Positions 55,421 through 64,000 of a DNA stretch of 64,000 bases are shown piece after piece. Made by a program: the position numbers and the translations under genes. The notes under the pieces are model-generated. The model did not search any database. It was not told where the DNA came from and saw nothing but the letters and a program-made list of their open reading frames with translations. This DNA comes from Octopus sinensis (taxonomy: Eukaryota). Each line of letters opens with the position of its first letter. The stretch's first letter is position 1. The DNA is taken from the NCBI RefSeq assembly GCF_006345805.1, contig NC_042998.1:66030001-66094000 (forward strand), written 5' to 3'.

Positions 55421-55769
55421 CTGTATATATATGTCTTGCCCTGCCAATATACACATATATTAGAATTTTCTCTGATTTCTCAGATTTTTTGTATGCTGGA
55501 CTACTGGCTTTAAATTGATATTAAAATTAACATTAATTTATCTCCCTCATTATTATATATATATATATATATTATATATGTATGTATGTATGTATGTATA
55601 TATTCTGCACGAAGGGGAACACCCTTCTATCTATCTATATTTTCTTCAAATTATATATCTATATATACCTATGTCTATATCTATCTATTTAATTTCTCTC
55701 TCCCCCTCTCCTCTCTCTTTCTTCTCTCTCTCTGCATATATATTAATTTGATTAATTTTAATGAGCGAA

Positions 55770-57200
55770 ATTTGATTAGAGTGACCCTACCAACTACTTC
55801 AGCATTACTATCTGTTAGTCTGACTCGGCCGTGTTGATAGATCTTGTGGGTTTATATCTCCTTTCTCAAATCAGTAAAAGCCTTCCAAACGTCTCTGGTG
55901 ATCTTTGTAGGGACGTCGATCTCTTGATAGCAAATGGTTTATCAAACTCATTAGGAATTTTTTTCTTGAATTTTGTTAATCTTTTGGTATTGTCATTAGG
56001 ATTGCGAACAGTTTAGGCGACACAATTTAAACACCAAATTAACCTTACCGCAAACCAAATCATACACCACAATATATAAATATTCCTCCTAATAATTCCT
56101 AAATTAACTCTATTATTATTTTTACGGTCACCTCTATTAGAATCTCCAACCTATCGGCAAATGAGGAGATTTTAGTGCGTATGTCCCATTTTATAATCAC
56201 GCCCGAAAATTAAGTATCTTTCACAATCCTATTTTCCAAATCCCAGAAACCAAACTCAAAAAGCAAAATAGCTAACCTCTCCTCTGACATTAATCCTGAA
56301 TTTTTTTAAAACGAACTCTCCCTTAAATTATAAACGTATACACAAACCGTTTGTTAACCATGCTAAGATAAATAACAAACATTTTAGTAATCGTAAGAAA
56401 TATAAATACTCCACATCAGAATATTCCAATTCTGTAACACACTCTAATTCTAGAAAAAGAGAAATTTTTCGCTCCTGTCATTTCTCTGTTAGAATCATAG
56501 ATTTATCTAGATTATTCTTTAGGATTCTGAAATTAAGTTTTTCTAAGAACCACAAATGTTACCCTATCTTCTACAAATTCTCTATAAAATTAACTTAACC
56601 CACCACGCTTAATTTGGGATCCGTTATTGCATCCATAAATAGAAATAAATTCCAACTTCAAATGACTAAAATCCTAAATCATCATAAATTACCCCATACA
56701 AGTCCGAATAATACAAATAAACCAAAAATGTAATTCTATCCAAATCTAAATGTAATCAATCACAACTAAAAGTAGGCCAATTTATGGCCCCTCACTAGAT
56801 TCTGTTTCCGTAAAAATGTAATTTATAAATGCAGCGTGGCAAGTGAAACACCTGCACCAAGAGTATACATAGGAATTACCGTAGATTTTCAGAGACGGTA
56901 CAGAAACCATTTAAATTCTTTCAATAAGATAAAATACAGAATCTCAACGACGTAGGCTAGGTATATACATGATCTAAAATTACAAAATATAAATCACACA
57001 CTATCTTGGCTTGTTATAGATTAACCCACCCCTACAATATAATTATGGGTAGGTGTAGGATGTGCATAAAAGAATCCTATACTATCCTTCGCCTGTATAA
57101 TCTTACTATATTTAAGTTTTCCAACGCCATTTATTCATGTAATCACAGATATTACTCTACTTTCATGAGACTCTATATGTCCGGATGTACTCAATAATTT
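55770..57200 (+). mobile_element. Penelope/Poseidon-type retroelement remnant (RT core to GIY-YIG)
   Basis: DLVGLYLLSQ..GDLCRDVDLL (decayed GLYRDDGL), PYRKPNHTPQYIN, IRISNLSANEEI, NVIYKCSV..VYIGITVDFQRRYRNHLNSF, RCRMCIKESYTIL. Confidence 0.85.
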
Positions 57201-57342
57201 CAATCGCACAACTTGATATTTTATTATATATAACAGTATATTGCCGAATATAAATTTCAATAAATTCTCTGAGTTACGTAGTTTTTACTCACATCAGCCT
57301 TTATAAAGACGTCCATTATTTACATACATGCATATATATATA

Positions 57343-57396
<54 letters not shown>

Positions 57397-57969
57397 GTTC
57401 TTTTATATGAGTACGCGATTGCTTCCTACTTTGGCATATCTACCGTGGATATCAATTATTCCCTGACGACTGGGACATTATCCGAAAATGGATTTCAAGA
57501 TTAATTTATTACCTGGAAGAATGAACTGCAGAGTCGGCTGTAGGAATATTTTCATCTAAAATTGTAACTCGAAACCTTATTAGACATTTATTGTTAACTT
57601 TTCACTATCTTTACAAATCTTTTAGAAACGTTCTCATATATATTTTTTATCCTTTGCTATATAATCGCAATATTTCTAAGCTCATATTTATAGAATTATA
57701 TATCTAATTTTTATTTTAATATTCCTATATTTTTTCTAAGTTCGATATATTAATATAGGTTTTAATTTTGGACGACTTTTATCTTGATCAAACCCGGGCA
57801 CATATGTCTAGATAATTGTGAGCCTAATCTGAATCTTTGTCCTTTTGTTTTTTATGCCACTCTAACGTCTCATTTCGGCTTGAGTACTTCTTACCAATCT
57901 ATATATTTCGTAAGAAAAATATAGCTATGTATGTTTATATATATATATATTATATATATATATTATATA

Positions 57970-58001
<32 letters not shown>

Positions 58002-58554
58002 CTACATATACATATATATTATATATATGGAGAGTTTACGAAAAAAACAAAAGACGAAGACAGGTGGTGTACAAAACAAACAGATGTATTAGTATAACGC
58101 TCGGGAATAGAAAAAGTCTTCTACGGAAAGGGCCACAGAAAAAACAAGGAGAGAAACAAGGAGAGAAATAACGGGTGCAGACTAGATAAAACAGAGTAAG
58201 GACATCCAGAGTAGGAAGAGACGACAAAAGGAAAGACCAGAAAATACAGAAAAGTTTAGAAAGTATAAAAATAAATATAAAAATAAAGTAATGACAATAA
58301 TAACAGTTTTAATTAAAGTTCAAAGGTTTTTTACCCACCAACTTGCAAGCGAATTCCTTGAAAATCCATACCCATAACATTTTAGTGTTCACACATTTAG
58401 CGGCGACATTTTATATTTGGTATACCTAGACATTTGCACCGGGCTTTCACCCTATCGGGAATTTACTCGGAATTCAGCAGTTAACAATTGAATTATTAAA
58501 ATGGTAAAGAACCACTCAAAATTACTCAGAAATTTCTTGAAGTGAATATTCTTT

Positions 58555-58810
58555 TCCACTCCAAGCACATGGCCCGAAATTTCTTATTTCTTTATTGCCC
58601 AAAAGGAGCTAAACATAGAGGGGACAAACAGGGACAGACAAAGGGATTAAGTCGATTACATCGACCCCAGTGTGTAACTGGTACTTAATTTATCGACATC
58701 GAAAGGATGAAAGGCAAAGTCGACCTCGGCGGAATTTGAACTCAAAACATAACGGCAGACCAAATACCACTAAGCATTTCGCCCAGCGTGCTAACGTTTT
58801 TGCCAGAAAT
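58555..58810 (-). mobile_element. SINE family A copy with appended second tail
   Basis: Colinear with 24537-24768, followed on minus by TTTCGGGCCATGTGC..GAAAAGAAT, as at 24890-24920. Confidence 0.88.
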
Positions 58811-59118
58811 AAATAAGAAAACAATGGATACGCGTTACGTCATAACTGCCTTTTCCAGCGGATTTCTTTAATAGATCACATCATAGCTAAAAAGGAAAAC
58901 TGCTATATCGTCTTATAATAACTGCTGACTGAGGGGATTTGGTAGACGGAAAATGTAAGTCGCTGCCGTATATATATATATAATATATATATATAATTTC
59001 AGTAAAACAATTAAGATTCAAGTGAGCTCCAATGAATTCACATGAATGTGGTACTTAACTTAGATGCACCAAAAATCTTTATGGTATCAACCATAAAATA
59101 ATGTGGGGTGATTTTAAA

Positions 59119-59653
59119 CAAGAAAAAAGCAACAAGAATGGATTAGTTGTTCAGTACAATTGTTTCATACGAAGAACAGGTTATTAAAAGCTGCAAATAT
59201 TGCAGCAAATACAAGTGCCCCGTATTCATCAGCCAAAACACATATGGGTTTTCCAAACATCCTAGGGGGTGAGGCTACACTCATGAAGTATCGAAGAGCG
59301 TTCTATGAAAAGCAAAGTTAGATTGTAAGCAGACTTAAAATGTTTTCTAATGATGCACAGTTTTATAAAAGGTTTTTAAAAAGGATCGCTAGCTTCACAG
59401 AAAAGGTAAATCCATCTATAATAATGCAGCTGTAATTTCCGGAGATATGAGGAGAGATTTTATTCTCAGAGAAGATGAATGTATCCATAATAATGCAGAT
59501 GTAATTTCCTGATATATGAGAAGATGTTGATCACACATCTATTCGTTTCACCAAACACTTGTATTTGCTTCAATATTTGCAGCTTTTAATAAATCTGTTC
59601 TTCGTTTGAAACAATTGTACTAAACAACTAATCCATTCTTGTTGCTTTTTCCT

Positions 59654-59655
<2 letters not shown>
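59119..59655. mobile_element. MITE / non-autonomous DNA transposon with ~100-bp TIRs
   Basis: 59119-59217 versus the reverse complement of 59558-59655 (AAAGCAACAAGAATGGATTAGTTGTT..GCAAATACAAGTG); internal tandem duplication of ~35-40 bp; related remnant near 34180-34235. Confidence 0.85.
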
Positions 59656-59707
<52 letters not shown>

Positions 59708-59796
59708 ATATATATATAGGAAAGTTTTGAGTCTTCATCAGAAGACTTGTACAATGTTTTGATTTTTTCACACTAATGTATTTCCATACACACATC

Positions 59797-59833
<37 letters not shown>

Positions 59834-59836
59834 TAT

Positions 59837-59874
<38 letters not shown>

Positions 59875-59954
59875 CGTGTATAAATATATATATTTGTATG
59901 TGAGTATGTGTGTGAGTATGTGTGTCTGTATTTGTCTCATCACATAAACTGCGC

Positions 59955-60113
59955 CCACTACAATCTGGGAGTAGTTAGGGTTAGGAAGATCATCAAGCCG
60001 CAGAAATCTCACCAAGATAGACTGGAAACTGGTGCACTTACGACTTACGAGTTTTCCGTCAAACCGTCCCACCATGCCATAATGAAAACCGGGCGTTAAA
60101 CGATAATGATGAA

Positions 60114-60148
<35 letters not shown>

Positions 60149-60192
60149 CGACGACGACTATGACGACGACAATGATGATGATGATGATGATG
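59955..60192 (+). mobile_element. SINE/LINE 3' end with (GAT)n tail
   Basis: CCGTCAAACCGTCCCACCATGCC..GGGCGTTAAACGATAATGATG followed by a long GAT/GAC run; family assignment from recall only. Confidence 0.55.
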
Positions 60193-60507
60193 ATATTTTT
60201 GTGTACACACATACACACACATCAAATTTACAGAAAACAAAATACAAAGACTGATGTAGGGACAAGCGAGTATATTATTTTAACGACCAGGACAAATGGA
60301 AACATCTTTTGTCTTTCGAGCGGTTAGAAAGAAAGGCATTATGAGGAAACAAGCAGGCATAGAAAACGGCTGTGGTTTTTCCTTTCGTCCGATTTACATT
60401 CAGACTTAAATCTAAACATTCATGTATGTTATCAATTTCGAAAATTGCTATTTGTAAATCTCTCAGCGAGAGATATTCAGCAACAGTACTCTAGAGTAAA
60501 GATCGTT

Positions 60508-60723
60508 TGCCAACAAAACATGACAGTCCTGGTTTAAGACGAATGTTGCTGTCATTTAGCTCCATCAGACATCGTCTCCAACTGGCTACACGAAACGATA
60601 TGTGTGCTTGTTCGAAAATATAGGGACACAGATCGTGTCGTATAGCCGGCTGGAGACGGTGTCTCCTGGGGCTGAATTACAGCAACATTCGTCCTAAACC
60701 AGGACTGCTATGTTTTGTTGGCA
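60508..60723. mobile_element. Hairpin MITE (~90-bp arms, ~30-bp spacer)
   Basis: GCCAACAAAACAT..CAGTCCTGGTTTA.GACGAATGTTGCTGT.. is repeated in inverted orientation. Confidence 0.9.
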
Positions 60724-62239
60724 TATAACCGATATCATTTTCGTCACAAAGGATTTTATGCAACGAAGCTTGAAATCCAGTTAAGCTGTTCTTTGAAATG
60801 TCTTTACCAATTTGAAAAAAAAAAAAGAAAGAAATAGCAAGTTTCATTTAGCAGAATGTATTCACAAAAAGAATATTACATACAACGGGCATTGAGCTTT
60901 AAGGAAACGAAAATATACTGGCGTTAATTCAAATTCATCATATTCCAATTATTTATACGATATTCCAAGCTCTTTTGAGTTACTCACAATTCATAAATAT
61001 ATAACAATTTTCAAAACGGTTTCCTGTAGATGTTTTGCAAATTTTGTCTCTTATGGTTCAATCGAATGTAATTTCAGATAAAAATTCTGCTAGCATGTTT
61101 AACTCCCCCCCCACACACACAGCGAACAAAAACATGCAACATTCACACACACACACATACACACATACGCTCACATACTCACACGTGCGCGCATATGATT
61201 ACTTCCCATTTCTTAGTATGTGTAATAAATAATTCTGGCGTCTTATTATCATCATTGTTTTACTTAAAATCACACACAAGCACAGCTGTGTTTAATATGT
61301 GTTTATTTTTGTGTCTGTATTTTCCAATTATTTCGAAAGTTACTCACTGTAATATATGCACATAGCTTACCACCTCTAGATATCATTTGTGTATTTGTTA
61401 TATGTACAGACCTTAGAATTTCCGTTCTACATTTATCTACATCTTTTTAAATAATTCTAAATCACCTATTATTATGGAGATTGTTTCTACTTCAATTCCC
61501 AAGTCTTGTTATTTTTATTTGCTGTTCTTTGTATTTCGATACATTCCCAATTTCTTTCCTAGATACAACAGGATATTGTTGGCTTGATACTTAAGGTGGG
61601 AAGCATTTATTTTACGTGTTCATTGAAAATGAGATCTGGCCAATTTGCAACGGCCTCTTTGTCATTGTAGATTAAAATATCCTGGACAAGGAACATTTTA
61701 TCATTCCTTTCAACATTTTCCCATTGCTGCTTATGCCTTCTTTTGTCTGCTAGCATTTCAAAATATTGATGCAACTTTCAGAATTCTGAAGGTTAAACTC
61801 TGTCTTGCCGCTATGCGTTTTACCTCTACGATTAGATTATGAAGTGAAGAGCAATATATCATGTCTGCTCAAAATGTAGTTATTCTGAAACTAAACAGTT
61901 TTTAATTCTTCATAATATCATAGAATACGCAAGAGAATATTGGGTACCGTCTTTATTCATTATTTTTGAACCCTCGTCGATTTTATAAACTTACATTTGC
62001 AAATGAATGTGTTGTTTAAGAAGGAAGTGGTGCCATCCGGTGAATATGTGTAAAGTTGCTGGACAGTAGCAAAATAGTTAGAGTGAATAACCCTATTCTA
62101 AGCATGCGCCTGTAGATTACAGAGCAACAATTGTGAGAGGGATCTGTGAAGTTCCTTCATTGGCCATAACTGGAGTTTTTTTCTGTAACAGGTCACGACT
62201 GTTTCAATCATGTTCTCACATACTTTGTATACTTTGTAT

Positions 62240-62965
62240 TTGGCCGACTTTTCCATTTCTTTCTTCTGATCCTTAATGGTCTAATGGAAAGCGCCAGGTA
62301 TCCACTACCAGCAGGCTAAGGTGACACTTGTTAGCTGGTCTTGCTTCAAGAACCCTGCGAAGAATTGCACTTCGAAGCTATGTTGAGTTTTGTAAGTGTT
62401 CTACCTTCACATCTGCACCAGTCATTTCCAGCCATGCTGGTAGTTGGGTGCTGATACTACCAAGTGCACCAATTACTATTGGTATCACGTCTACTCTCTT
62501 CAGTGACCACAATCTTCGTATTTCCCATTTCAAATCGTCATAGTTGTTAATTGTTTTCCCCTTCTTCTTTCACACTGATCCTGTTGTAACAGGGTCATGC
62601 TATGTCAATTATCATGCATGTTCTTTCTTTTTCATTTACCACAACAATGTCCGCTTTCGGATTTCTGGTTAGGTGAACGCACTGGAACATTATTTCCCAC
62701 AGGATTTTTCAATTCTCATTTTCGGACTCCTTCTGGAGTTCGCTCATTCACGTCTTTGCCCTTTTTAGGCCGTAATTTCCACAGAGCTCCAAAGAGATCA
62801 TTCTTTTCACATTTTCATTGCCTCTTTTGTATTCACAATATGTAAATTTCGGGCATTCGTTAACTATGCCCATACAGGTTCAGCCCTCTAACCACACATT
62901 CTGTATTTGTCGCTATTGGTAGTGTTGTTTATTCTGCATTTTATATAATTGGTCCTTAACGCTTC
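62240..62965 (-). mobile_element. Old R4/Dong-type LINE 3' fragment (CCHC + RLE)
   Basis: ALRTNYIKCRI..RMCG..VWHI.NEC; KILWEIMFQC..ADIVVVNEKERTCMIIDIA..YDDLKWEIRRLWSLKRVDVIPIVIGALGS..ILRRVLE. Confidence 0.85.
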
Positions 62966-63135
62966 TTCTACTTCCTCTTCTTCTTTTTCTTCTTCTTCTT
63001 CTTCTTCTTCTTCTTCTTCTTCTTCTTCTTCTTCTTCTTCTTCTTCTTCCTTCTTCTTCTTCTTCTTCTTCTTCTTCTTCTTCTTCTCTTCTTCTTCTTC
63101 TTATCTTCTTCTTCTTCTTGTCTTCTTCTTCTTCT
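62962..63135. repeat. (CTT)n microsatellite
   Basis: Long CTT run; source of the poly-S/F/K/R ORFs. Confidence 0.96.
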
Positions 63136-63205
63136 CAATATTATTATTGCTTCCTTCACGATGTTTATTTCTTTGCAATATAGCAATAATCTCTTGTTTT
63201 GGTAG

Positions 63206-63240
<35 letters not shown>

Positions 63241-63800
63241 GAGTGAGAGAGCAGTGCATGCCATCAAAGTGACACTCGGGTAAAATATACGAAGCCCAGT
63301 ATACCCATCATGACTACCCGTCTGATAAGGGTACATTAGGCATATGCATCACAACCATACGTGCGCAACATGGTGATCTCAAATCAAAATAAACAGCACA
63401 TGACCTTGCAGGTGGGGCCCAGTTACAATTTTCTTCTGGTTGAGTAGCCCATCCCGCTCAAAAGGTCCTTGAATAAGGATTGTTTAAGGATGTTGAATGA
63501 ACCACCCGTGTTTCCAAAGGTGAAATATCCAAACTTCTAGGAATTCCTTTCAACACATGGCTATGATGCTCCCCCACTACTTCTGCTCGTGATCAGAGAT
63601 GCACATATCGTCAGCCACTAAGGGACATGGTCAACTGGTTAAGGTCAAACAACTGACAAGCAAATCTGTGGTATTGAGCAGAATATTTGCTGTAGCCCAT
63701 CTTTTATACCAAGAGAAAACAATGTACATGATAACACTTCCAATCAGTTAAGATCAGAAGCCATGAGAGCCACTGCCTTGTACTGCATCAGGGCATTTAT
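63241..63800 (-). mobile_element. Family D complete copy bounded by (TAA)n
   Basis: Reverse complement of 8822-9372; TTA runs at 63211-63240 and 63798-63905. Confidence 0.9.
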
Positions 63801-63814
63801 TATTATTATTATTA

Positions 63815-63859
<45 letters not shown>

Positions 63860-64000
63860 CATCATTATTATCATTATTATCATCATCATCATCATTATTA
63901 ATATTATTTTCTCTTGATGATAGGAGTTGGTGGAGCTCCTGGAGTCTGACATGCATAGCTGGCTTACTACCTTCATCTTACTCTACCATGCTATTCTTTC

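Noticed and set aside
57465-57530. CTGACGA...GAAA hammerhead-like motif downstream of the Penelope remnant
   Set aside because: The position fits a pLTR, but stems I and III cannot be paired convincingly.

Overview
AT-rich, microsatellite-dense eukaryotic DNA. The repeat families resemble those I associate with octopod cephalopods (inference from recall, not a search). I could not support any host protein-coding gene. Most short ORFs in the track are translations of (TA)n, (TAA)n, (CA)n or (TATG)n runs. The window is dominated by mobile elements: (i) a full-length but frameshifted ~6.1 kb Tx1/L1-clade LINE (48166-54235, minus) sitting in a (GATA)n tract; (ii) a young 5'-truncated R4/Dong-type LINE with an uninterrupted RT-CCHC-RLE frame (10433-12362, minus) in (TAA)n, plus three older relatives; (iii) Penelope-like (GIY-YIG), CR1, RTE and Hero-like remnants; (iv) mariner/Tc1 remnants and MITEs; (v) several tRNA-derived SINE families. 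The most unusual signal is three head-to-head inverted pairs of short non-coding elements with degenerate minimal hammerhead-ribozyme motifs (28338-28810, 39283-40072, 40073-40625). Two of these pairs carry tRNA-like Pol III heads, and one has a possible compensatory U3-A8 core.
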